Source: an uncultured cyanobacterium
Lineage (GTDB): Bacteria; Cyanobacteriota; Cyanobacteriia; PCC-9006; JAAUQQ01
Length of the DNA stretch: 64,000 nucleotides
Assembly: GCA_963718615.1 (NCBI GenBank)
Contig: OY970368.1
Coordinates: 3,328,001 to 3,392,000 of the forward strand
Direction: 5' to 3'
Below are positions 9,974 to 19,900 of this stretch, piece by piece. Position 1 is the first letter of the stretch. Each line of letters starts with the position of its first letter. The translations under genes were made by a program, and so were the position numbers. Under the pieces are notes generated by a model, which ran no database searches, was not told where the DNA came from, and saw nothing but the letters and a program-made list of their open reading frames with translations.

Positions 9974-10456
9974 TTAATGCCAGTGAGACTCGTGCCAGCA
10001 GCCGTCTGGCACATGCTGGCCTGCGTAGACTTGGATTTTGCTGGGACTCATCCAGTAGACCCATACCGTTGCCGAGGGTGGGAGGCTGAGGGGAGGGCGA
10101 TCGCGCCAATCTTCAGGCCCAACGTCGAGCCAAACTTCAATTTGACGCCGTTCGTAGAGATTATCCGCAGCCTGATCGTCAGGATGATAATCCTCTAGTT
10201 CATCGAGCTGGGCGAGAGCGGTGGACGCGAGGGTTAAGACATACCCTTGCACCGTTTCTGTACCTGTTGTCATGGCAGGGTAGCCCAGATTGAGATGATA
10301 GAGGGATCCCTGGGCCCAAGCAGGTTCTGCGGCGATTAAGGTGTCGGCGCAATAGGCATTGTGATAGCGTTCTCCGGGTTTCAAGGTGCCGTAGACAAAA
10401 ACTTTGATGCAGGATAGTTCCTGGACCTGGGACGAGTGGGTTGGGGAATTTTGCAT
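9974..10456 (-). CDS. Gamma-glutamylcyclotransferase (AIG2-like) family protein
   Basis: VFVYGTLKPG, GYPAM, LDELEDY, YERRQI, WVYWM. ATG 10456 avoids overlap with the upstream gene. Confidence 0.85.
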   Translation of the reverse strand: MQNSPTHSSQVQELSCIKVFVYGTLKPGERYHNAYCADTLIAAEPAWAQGSLYHLNLGYPAMTTGTETVQGYVLTLASTALAQLDELEDYHPDDQAADNLYERRQIEVWLDVGPEDWRDRPPLSLPPSATVWVYWMSPSKIQVYAGQHVPDGCWHESHWH

Positions 10457-10511
10457 GGATGGGCGATCGCTTCGTGTTTCAGGAATATGACAAAAAGGGG
10501 AGACCCACTCC

Positions 10512-11300
10512 CTAAAGTAGATAGCGCCCAAGGGCGATCGCCACCCCCGTCAGCGTCAAATTATCAATATCTCGAAAGGGTAAAGCCTCCACCAGCGTCG
10601 TGGCTATGCCAATGAGCAGTAGGGCGATCGCCGTCTCCCCCAGCCTCAACCCCGGCTGAAAATAGCCCAACCCATTCAACCCCGCGAGCATCACCCCGCT
10701 CAGCCCCACGCCCCCTGCAAACATCGCCGCTGAACCGGCCCAACTTTTCTCCGTGCTCAGGGGCAATTTCACCCGGCCAAACCGTCGCCCTATAATATCC
10801 GCCAGACCATCGCCCCCACACATCATCATCAGCGCCACTACCCCCACCGGGGACGATCGCCAAAACACCAGCGTACAGACCATAAAAACCAAGCCGTAAA
10901 ATAACGGCCCTCGCAAAATCTCCCGAGGATTGCCGCTGCGGGTCATGGCTTGGACAGCAGCCGGATCCTGGAGGAATCCCAGGCCGATTGCAACAAACTG
11001 AAGAACAATCAGCAGCGGGACGCAAACTGCGAAATAGCGGGCTTCGGGGCGATCGCTAAACAGCACCCAGGTTAGGACAAACAGCGGCCCCGTGCCAATG
11101 TGAATAATTTTGCGGCTGAGCTTGGGCTCCAGAAAATTTCGCTGGGCCAGCCCGTTGATCAAGCGTAACCAGGAAAGGGCGATCGCCAGCGACAGAGCCG
11201 CCGCCCCTGCATCCCAAACCCAATCGTTCGTCCAATCGTGAGCCCAATTCCAATTCCAATTCCAAATCTTGATCGTGACCCCGTCAAATTCCATAGACAA
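10512..11300 (-). CDS. Phytol/polyprenol kinase (cytidylyltransferase-like, VTE5 type)
   Basis: SRKIIHIGTG, E.LRGPLFYG, GGDGLADIIGRRFG, KSWAGS, DIDNLT; multi-TM protein. Confidence 0.85.
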   Translation of the reverse strand: MSMEFDGVTIKIWNWNWNWAHDWTNDWVWDAGAAALSLAIALSWLRLINGLAQRNFLEPKLSRKIIHIGTGPLFVLTWVLFSDRPEARYFAVCVPLLIVLQFVAIGLGFLQDPAAVQAMTRSGNPREILRGPLFYGLVFMVCTLVFWRSSPVGVVALMMMCGGDGLADIIGRRFGRVKLPLSTEKSWAGSAAMFAGGVGLSGVMLAGLNGLGYFQPGLRLGETAIALLLIGIATTLVEALPFRDIDNLTLTGVAIALGRYLL

Positions 11301-11713
11301 GTTAAAAGGCTCTGTGTTTGCCGAAGCATTGCACCCAGAGCCAAAAGGAAAGTGACTTAAATTTTAAGACTTTGGGAATGAAAATAAAATCCCCGCAGTC
11401 CGTTAGAGGTTTAGAATTAGGAGTCTAGAGATAGAGAGTCGCACCGAAGTGCAGATAGAGGGTCGAAGATAGTGCCTGGGGAAATCCACCGAGCCTTAGT
11501 GGCTTCAGTGGCTGGTGCTAATTGGCACTTAACCCTTCGGCGATGTCCTTACTATAACCGTCCCCCTAGGCTTGTGGAACAAGAAACGGTGAAGACCTAC
11601 GGGTAAATCTGTAAAGTTTCGGATACTTGGACCGAATGGGGGTCAAACCGTTGGGAGAGATATCCGTGATTCTCCCTTTGGTCAGTACATTTGAGCACTC
11701 TCTGAGAGTCGAC

Positions 11714-12838
11714 CTAGGCGTCGATCGCCCCACCACAGGAACTCCCCGATCCTGCGGTGCAACCATAGCAGTGTCGCCCTGTCACGACGCTTCGCTGGGC
11801 AAAGTCCTCGGGGCGAAAATTCTGTAGCGTGATCGGTGAACCATCGGGATATTGGGCTTCCAGATCGAGCATTTGATTAAAGTCACAGTCAAAAATCCGC
11901 CCGTCCCAGCCGATGGAAAGCGTATTGCGACACATCAGCCCATCGAGCGTCGCCGGGTTAAAGGCATTGACCAACAGCGTCATGTAGCTTTCCAGATTAC
12001 CGGAGGCTTCTAGCCATTCCAGGTAACGGGAGATGGGCATATTATTGAGGGCAATGAGGCGATCGAAGGTGACGCCATGGTTGCGCTGGAGCCCCCGTTT
12101 CCACTCCTGCTCGGCTTTACCCTGGTTCCCCGCCAAAAATGCACCGACGGGATTGGTCATCAGTGTTAACCGTCGTTTGGGATCTCCCTGGCCATAGCCT
12201 GCGCCATTGAGGCGATGCAGCGCTTCGATGGATTTTTCGTAGGTACCGTCACCGCGCTGGGCATCGGTGTTACGTTGACGGTAGTGAGGCAGGGAGCATA
12301 CGACCTCAACGCCCCGTTCCGCTAGCCATTCGGGCAAATCTTCTCGTCCCGGCAACAGTAAAACCGTGAGGTTACAGCGATCGATCACCTGCTTCCCCCG
12401 GTTCACACATTCATCAACCAGATAGCGAAAATGGGGATTGAGTTCCGGTGCACCGCCGGTAATATCGACGGTGTGGGCCGAGGTCTGATCCAAGGCTTGC
12501 AGACAGGCATCAATGGTGGCCCGGTCCATGTTTTCCTGGGTGCGATCCGGCCCAGCGTCCACATGGCAATGGCGGCAGGTCATGTTGCAAAGTTTGCCGA
12601 TGTTGATCTGAAAAATTTCGAGCGGGGCTGGTTGTAAGGCTGTCTGGCCCGTAGCGGCGATCGCCGCTGCAAACTCACCCCCCTGGGGCAAATCAGCTAA
12701 ATTCAAGGCGTTCAGATCCGCAAGCTGTTGTTGGGGGTCTGCGAGGGGAGAATGGCGACGGTGAAGCGATCGCGTGGGTTTCGCGCCAAATTCAGGGCGA
12801 TCGAGATCGGCGAGGTCGAGGGGTGTGGTATCAGGCAT
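11714..12838 (-). CDS. arsS: Arsenosugar biosynthesis radical SAM protein, ArsS family
   Basis: QINIGKLCNMTCRHCHVDAGP (CxxxCxxC), DITGGAPELNP, IDRCNLT, LMCRNTLS..WDG..FDCDFNQML, C-terminal HCYGCTAGSGSSCGG. Confidence 0.88.
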   Translation of the reverse strand: MPDTTPLDLADLDRPEFGAKPTRSLHRRHSPLADPQQQLADLNALNLADLPQGGEFAAAIAATGQTALQPAPLEIFQINIGKLCNMTCRHCHVDAGPDRTQENMDRATIDACLQALDQTSAHTVDITGGAPELNPHFRYLVDECVNRGKQVIDRCNLTVLLLPGREDLPEWLAERGVEVVCSLPHYRQRNTDAQRGDGTYEKSIEALHRLNGAGYGQGDPKRRLTLMTNPVGAFLAGNQGKAEQEWKRGLQRNHGVTFDRLIALNNMPISRYLEWLEASGNLESYMTLLVNAFNPATLDGLMCRNTLSIGWDGRIFDCDFNQMLDLEAQYPDGSPITLQNFRPEDFAQRSVVTGRHCYGCTAGSGSSCGGAIDA

Positions 12839-12938
12839 CGGTTCAAAAAAGGACAGGTTTAATGAGGCTTGAATGGAGTGATGGGGAGAGTGATGGGGTC
12901 ATGGAATGATGATGGGGTGATGGGTGAACCGCTGGGGG

Positions 12939-13268
12939 TTACATGGACATCTGCTGGGCTTGGTCCATCATTTGTAGCCCGTGGATGAGGGAAGCTCCGC
13001 CTCGAATTGCTGTGGCAACGTGGACGGCTTCGGTCATTTCTTCTAGATCTGAGCCCTGCTGGAGTGATTCTTTGGTATAGGCTTCGATGCAGTAGGGACA
13101 TTGCACTGTATGGGCAACCGCGAGGGCAATCAAGGCTTTTTCCCGTTTAGACAAGGCTCCGTCGTCAAAGACGGATTGGTAATAATCAAAGAACTTTTTG
13201 GCGAGCTCCGGGCTGCCTTCGCCGATTTGGCTAAACTGGGGCAAATGTTCGCGCTTGTAGTAGTCCAT
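12939..13268 (-). CDS. Arsenosugar-biosynthesis-associated peroxidase-like protein (CMD/AhpD family)
   Basis: GALSKREKALIALAVAHTVQCPYCIEAY (CxxC), EAVHVA.AIRGGASL.HG. Immediately upstream of arsS on the same strand. Confidence 0.85.
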   Translation of the reverse strand: MDYYKREHLPQFSQIGEGSPELAKKFFDYYQSVFDDGALSKREKALIALAVAHTVQCPYCIEAYTKESLQQGSDLEEMTEAVHVATAIRGGASLIHGLQMMDQAQQMSM

Positions 13269-14108
13269 GCAATTAACGATGAAAATGCGATAAATTAAGA
13301 GGCGACCTGCAAGACGTGCCAGCAGATCTTGCAGTTCTTGTTCATCCTAGCGATGAAACCTGAAGGAAAGCTGAGAACTTCAGGAAAATCGAGCGATCGG
13401 GTTGAAGTTTAGTGAGAGTCTAAGATTTAGTTTGAGCCTAGAGGCGTTAGATGCCTTGTGGGTGCCTAGATGCCTTATGGGGGTTGTGGGCGATCGCCCC
13501 TACTCTCCCCCTCCCTAAACCTCCAGAAAAACCGCTAGATCATCCATGCCACGCTCAAACGCCACAGAGTGCGGGGCCTGTAATTCCACGGAGCAAAAAC
13601 CGAAGCTTCTCCGGCAGATTTCAGAGATGGTACTCCAATTCATTCAGTAGTTAAACTCATTTTTTCAAGTTTTGAGCGAGCGTATCTGATGCGCCGATAC
13701 GATTTGATGCACTTTAGTCTAGAAGTTTAGCTAAAAATTGAGATTAAAGCCAGTTGTCATAGGGCTTTTGACAGATCTATTCATGCTCAGTGATTACCAG
13801 GCATTTTGTACAGATTTCCTCCGCAATCATGTTGAGGTCAATCACAACCTCTGACTATTTTAGAGCCGTAGACACTCGATAGAAAAACGGGGAGTGGGGC
13901 AATCGTAAGTTCATCGCTCTCTCGGAGCCTTAGCTAATCGTTGGAAATTAGAATTTAGAGTAAGTTTGGCGATCGCTTCGTCCTGCTCTCGTCCTGCTCT
14001 CTCAGAACGGGATCATGCTGGAGACAGTTTGAGCCATTGCTAAAAATCAGGGTTTTGCAGCTACGGTCTCTGATTAGAGATTGGAGATGAGTTCGTGCAT
14101 TAGATTAC

Positions 14109-16853
14109 TTGTGGGGAGAACTTCTTTCAATGTTTCAGCTAAGCCTTAAGCCCCTTGCTTTAAAGTCTGTTCATTTACTGCTTCTTTTAGGGTCTGCCTT
14201 TCCATTCGCCTGGGGTAATCTTAATCCTGCTTGGGCACAGGAATCTACTCAGCAAGACTCAGTTCAGCAAGACTCAGTTGTACTAGAGACCGGAGCACAA
14301 ACCTTAAAAATTCCCTCACGACTTAGCATTCAGCACAGCAGTTCTAGCGCTGGATTTGACGGTTTGACCAGTCTGAGTGGCTTTATTCCTCTAGAACAGT
14401 TATCTGGTGCTCATATTACCTTTATAGAGGGCGATGTCTTACTGGATAATGGTGCAAACCTTGGTTGGAGTCTAAGCTTGGGTCATCGCGGCTATAGTTC
14501 TCAGGAAAATCGCGTGCGCGGCGGCCATATCGGCATTGATGGCCGTTCAACGGATGAAAGTACCTTTTATCAACTTGCAGCCGGTTATGAAAGCCTAGGC
14601 GATCAGTGGGATGTGCGATTCAATGGCTATTTGCCCATTGGCGAAACCACCAATACGATCCGAGATGTTAACTTCGACAGTGGTTTACAAACTTCGACGG
14701 CCTTTCAATCGAATCAATTGGTTCTTTCTGCAATTCGTGAACGTCAGCGAATTCTTCAAGAAGAAGAAGCCCTCGGGGGTTTTGATGCGGAAGTAGGTAC
14801 AAAACTCAGTCGCTGGAATGGGGGAGAACTGACGGGAGCGATCGGCGGCTATTTGCTAACGGGCGAAGAGACTAGCCTCGGTGGCCAACTGCGTCTATCG
14901 GCGAACTTCAAATCTAACTTTAATGCGGGAGTTGCCGTTCAGCATGACGGCATTTTTGGCACTAATCTTGTGGTTTCTCTCGGGGCAAGTCTGCCCAATC
15001 TGCGATTTCAAAAACAGGAAGAGCAGAAATTTCAAACCGAAAATGAAGTTGCTATTCGTTTAAGAGATCCCCTTCATCGTCGTTCAACCGTCGCAGTTCA
15101 AAGCCGCAATAAGTCTGAAATCTCCTTTGAATCGACAACGGCAGCCCTTAAAAACCCTGAAGAAGAACAGGAGTATCGATTTCTTCATGTAGACCTTGCG
15201 AAGGGAGCGGTTGCAGGGGATGGGACCTATGAAAATCCATTGGGTACAGTGGAGGCGGCGATCGCCCTAATCAACAGCAACCCCAATACCTATAGCGATG
15301 GTAATACGATCGTCTACGTCGATGGTGAATCTGCTCTAAGCACGACGATTCCTGGATTTGTCCTCCCCGATCGCGTCAGTATCCTCTCCCAAGGACCCCA
15401 ACAAACGATTGCGGGCATGTCTTTTCCCGGCTTCCCCACGACCCCGACGCGTTTACCCTTTTCAGCACAAGCCAATTTCAATATACCGAATAATAGCGCC
15501 CCTAAGGCGAATGGCGTAGCGGTGTTGTTACCCGATTCTGGAGATAATGTTTTTCCTGTGATTACGGGAGGAGCAAATGCGGATTTAGTTACACTTGGTA
15601 ATAGCACGGTTCTGGCGGGTTTCCAAATTCAAAATGCATCCCAACATGGCGTTACGGCATCCAATGTCAACAACGTAGAGCTACGCAATAATGCGATTTC
15701 TGGTTCTGGGGGGAACGGCATCTTTTTGGATGATGTGGGGGGTAGCGCGACGCTGTTTGATAACACGGTTACGGGGTCGGGCGATCGCGGTATTTTTGCC
15801 CGCAATACCCAAACCAATCAATCTTTGGATGTTGCGATCGCAGGCTACGACCTCAATAACAACCGAGTGGGGATGGAGTTTGCAGCGATTGCTAGCACCA
15901 CAGGACCTCAGGTGCCTGCTCAAATTATTGCCATCGGCCCGAGTCTTAGCATCAATACCAGCAGCGGTTTACCCGGTGGTACAGCGCTCACCAATTCTGT
16001 CTTGAACAGCACGGATGAAGGGATTCTTGTCCAGGCTACAGGGGATGCCTTACTCACGAGTGCAACCCAGGAATTCACGTTTGACCAAGGCACGATTGAT
16101 GGGAGTGGTGGTGCCGGTTTAAGCGTTTTGGCCAATGTCGGTGCCCATGTTCAGGAAGTTAATGTGAGGAATAGTGCGATCGCCAACAACGGCGGTGCGG
16201 GCATTCAAATCGTCAACGGAACGCCGCCAGCGGGGGCCACGGTAACCGCAGCATCCCAAGAACTGATCATTCGCAATAACAGAATTGACAACAATGGAGG
16301 CGCGGGCATTGATGTGGCGGTAGGCGATGCGAGCAGTCAGGAATTAGTCATTCGAGGGAATCAAATTACTAACAATGCTGGGGGGGGCATTAACTCGATC
16401 GCTCGGAACGTTGCGATTCAGGAATGGCGGACGGATTCTGCGACAGGAGATGCGGGGATTAATGAGAATACGATCACGGGAAATGGGGGTGAGGCGATCG
16501 CCATTAATGCCCAAGATTTGGCTATCTTGCCGATTGTGAGTGTGGTGAATAATGAGATTTCGGGGGGGGGATCGCCGGATGTGGCGATCGCCACCACCTC
16601 TACCCCAAGTTCTCCAGGAACGCCAACGGCTTGTGCTGTAATTTCTGGCAATCGTTTGGGGGGAGCAATTCGCCTGACTGGGGTCTCAACGGTGTTATCG
16701 GGTGGGCTACCGACCTTCCAAGTTCAGGATTTGCTCAGTCTATCTAATTTAAATAATGGAACTCCAGTGGTCTTTTCTTCGAATCTTTTGGGTACTGTAA
16801 CGACACCAGACACTGCTCCATTTAGCAATGAAACGGGTGGCTGTATTCAATAG
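14109..16853 (+). CDS. Outer-membrane protein: N-terminal inverse-autotransporter-like beta-barrel plus right-handed beta-helix passenger
   Basis: Signal peptide (NPAWA-QE). Amphipathic strands YQLAAGYESLGDQWDVRFNGYLPIG and GGFDAEVG, then GDGTYENPLGT and many I.NN.I..N.G.GI beta-helix repeats. Confidence 0.7.
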   Translation: MWGELLSMFQLSLKPLALKSVHLLLLLGSAFPFAWGNLNPAWAQESTQQDSVQQDSVVLETGAQTLKIPSRLSIQHSSSSAGFDGLTSLSGFIPLEQLSGAHITFIEGDVLLDNGANLGWSLSLGHRGYSSQENRVRGGHIGIDGRSTDESTFYQLAAGYESLGDQWDVRFNGYLPIGETTNTIRDVNFDSGLQTSTAFQSNQLVLSAIRERQRILQEEEALGGFDAEVGTKLSRWNGGELTGAIGGYLLTGEETSLGGQLRLSANFKSNFNAGVAVQHDGIFGTNLVVSLGASLPNLRFQKQEEQKFQTENEVAIRLRDPLHRRSTVAVQSRNKSEISFESTTAALKNPEEEQEYRFLHVDLAKGAVAGDGTYENPLGTVEAAIALINSNPNTYSDGNTIVYVDGESALSTTIPGFVLPDRVSILSQGPQQTIAGMSFPGFPTTPTRLPFSAQANFNIPNNSAPKANGVAVLLPDSGDNVFPVITGGANADLVTLGNSTVLAGFQIQNASQHGVTASNVNNVELRNNAISGSGGNGIFLDDVGGSATLFDNTVTGSGDRGIFARNTQTNQSLDVAIAGYDLNNNRVGMEFAAIASTTGPQVPAQIIAIGPSLSINTSSGLPGGTALTNSVLNSTDEGILVQATGDALLTSATQEFTFDQGTIDGSGGAGLSVLANVGAHVQEVNVRNSAIANNGGAGIQIVNGTPPAGATVTAASQELIIRNNRIDNNGGAGIDVAVGDASSQELVIRGNQITNNAGGGINSIARNVAIQEWRTDSATGDAGINENTITGNGGEAIAINAQDLAILPIVSVVNNEISGGGSPDVAIATTSTPSSPGTPTACAVISGNRLGGAIRLTGVSTVLSGGLPTFQVQDLLSLSNLNNGTPVVFSSNLLGTVTTPDTAPFSNETGGCIQ

Positions 16854-16978
16854 CTTCGTTGTTCTATGACTCTCAGCTAGATTCTTAAGCCCGCATCGCT
16901 TCCAGTGGGCTATCAGAATATTATCTCTGCATTTCGATTAGTACTTTTGGCGTCTCTGCAAACTTTCTTGAGAATTTC

Positions 16979-19900
16979 TTGACAATGAATACTGTGCTTA
17001 CTCGTGATCTTCAAGTTCTTTTCGTTGATCCTAGTGTTCAAGATTATCAAAATCTTCTTCACGAATTAGATTCAGGCATTCAGTGCTTTGTTTTAGACAA
17101 TAATCAAGATGGTATAGAACAAATCTCGAAGATTTTAGACAATATTAGGCAAAAGGCAGCAAATATTGAATCGACTTCAATATTTTTGTTAACTCATGGC
17201 TATTCGGGTGGCGTTCGACTTGCAAAATCGGATTTTAACTTATCATCTCTGAGCCAATACGAGAAAGACCTACAGAGTTGGTTTAATCACGAAAACACGC
17301 AATATAATTCGTTATCATTTTGCGCTTGTAATGTTGCTACGGGAGATATAGGAAAAGAGTTTATAGAAAAAATTGGTCAGATCACTCAAGCTACAATTCT
17401 TGCATCAAGTTCTCCACTAGGTAGTAGTCTGCTGAATGGCAACTGGCATCTAGATTATTGTACCACAGAGGGAGTGGAGTCAAAACTCCCATTCTCAAGC
17501 GAATCTCGCAATAATTATCCTTATATTCTTCCTACACTACCTGCCGTTGACACTATCTTTAGTATCAATGGAAATGCATCAAAAATTGACGATGATGAAA
17601 TTCGGCTCACCCCAGATGCCTTTAGCCAATCAGGCTCTGCATTCTCCACAGCCCGAATTGATTTTAATTACGATTGGACTTTTAATTTTGCCGTTTATTT
17701 GGGCGTTTCCGATGGGGGTGCAGATGGTATCGGATTTGTGCTACATAACGATCCTCGCGGATCAAGCGTAACAGGTGAATTCGGTGGTGGTTTGGGTATT
17801 CTTAATATCCAAAAATCTATTGGTATTGAATTCGATACTTGGCAAAATCCAGAGTATGGAGATCCAGTCGCTGACCACACATCTATCCTTTTACCTGACA
17901 CGACAGGTCTTGATCGTCTCACTACAATTGAGAGCTTAAGTAATATCGAAGATGGTCAATATCATAATGTTATTGTCACCTGGAATGCCACAACAAAAAC
18001 CCTTTCTTATACATTAGATAGTGTTCAAAGAGGCTCCGTTGTTCGTGATGTTATTAATCAAGACTTTGGCGGAGAAAAATTAATTTATTTTGGATTTGCT
18101 GCTTCAACTGGTGGTGCAAAAAATGAGCATAAAATTAGGATCTCAAATTTTGAAGGAAGATTAATTAATTCTTCTGGAAATGACATTATTAATACGGCCA
18201 ATGCTTCTCCCGTGATTGCTTCGCCTACTGGTAGTCCAGCCAGTTTCACAGTGGTGGAAAATACGAGCATTGCAACAATTCTTGCAGATGTGAACTCTAG
18301 TGATGCAGAAGATGGTGCTGAAACAAATCTTACCTACTCTTTAAGTGGAGTTGATGCATCACGGTTTAATATTGATTCCAATGGCCGTCTAACTTTTAAG
18401 GCTGCACCTGACTTTGAATCCCCGCTGGACTCCGGAGCTAATAATAGCTATGATTTTACAGTAACTGTAACAGATACTGAAGGTGCAACAGATACTCAAG
18501 ATATCAGGATTATAGTTGCTAATGTTAATGATAATAATCCTGTAATCTCAACGCCATTAGGATCTCCGGCAACGCTAAATGTTTTAGAAAACACAGTCAC
18601 TGTTGTTAATGTTAATGCGAGTGATGCAGAAGATGGTGCTGAAACTAACTTGACCTATTCCTTAAGTGGTACAGATTCATCATTGTTTGTAATTGATAGC
18701 AATGGTAATTTGTCTTTTAAGGTGGCTCCAAATTTTGAAAACCCTCAAGATAATGGAACTAACAACGTCTACGATGTCACTGTTAATGTTACGGATTCAG
18801 GGGGATTAAGCGATCTTCGGGCTATTCAGATCACCGTAATTAATGTCAATGAATCACCCAAGGCTAACGCGGATATAGCTGCTGTGGCAGAGAAATCTGC
18901 TGCTACCATTAACTTAACAAATAATGATACTGATCCAGATGCTGGTACTGATCTAGAAGTTACAGCACTGAATACTACTGGCATTAAAGGGCTTGCCAGC
19001 ATCAATCCTGATGGAGAAGGCGTCACCTACAATCCCAATGGAGCGTTTAATAGTTTGGCTGTGGGTGAAACCACAACGGATAGCTTCACCTACACCGTCA
19101 ACGATGGCAACGGCGGCACTAACACGGCCACAGTTACTGTCACGATTATAGGAGAAAACGATCAGCCCACCGCCAATTTTGATGCAGGCACCGTGGCGGA
19201 AGATGGAACCACCAGTATTAACCTCACAGGTAACGATACGGACCCTGACGGAAGCGATGACTTAGAAGTCACGTCCGTTGGAACCCTTGGAACCCTAGGT
19301 TTGGTTAGCATCAATCCTGATGGGGAAGGCGTCACCTACAATCCCAATGGAGTGTTTAATAATTTGGCCGTGGGTGACACTGCAACAGATACCTTCACCT
19401 ACACAGTCAGCGATGGCAACGGCGGTACCGATACGGCCACTGTTACCGTCACGATCACGGGAGAAAACGATCAGCCGAATCTAGATTTAGACAATGATGG
19501 TGTGAGTGGAGATGTAGACTATGCCACTCTGTATCAACCGGGTACCCCAGTCAGTATTGCTGAAGCGGGGGGCAGCCTTATTACAGATATTGATGGGGAT
19601 ACGCTAACCATCTCCATCGTCTTGGATAACCCTCTAGACGGGGCTTCTGAAACCTTCAGTCTTCAGCCTGGGTTTACAATTCCAGGTTCGCTCAGCATAA
19701 CCCCTATTACGTCAGGCATCAGCATTGCTCCCAGTGGTTCTGAAACTCCGACGGATGCAGAGTACCAAGCCGTTTTGGAGGCAATTCGGTACAACAACAG
19801 CGATATGGCCTCGGATCGGAGCGATCGCACCATCACCATCACCGTCAACGACGGCACCGGCACCCCCAATGCCACCGCCACCGCCACAACAACCATCAAC

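Noticed and set aside
11714-11760. Selenocysteine in the ArsS C-terminal GSS(U/C)GG motif
   Set aside because: The codon is TGT (Cys) and the ORF ends normally at TAG.
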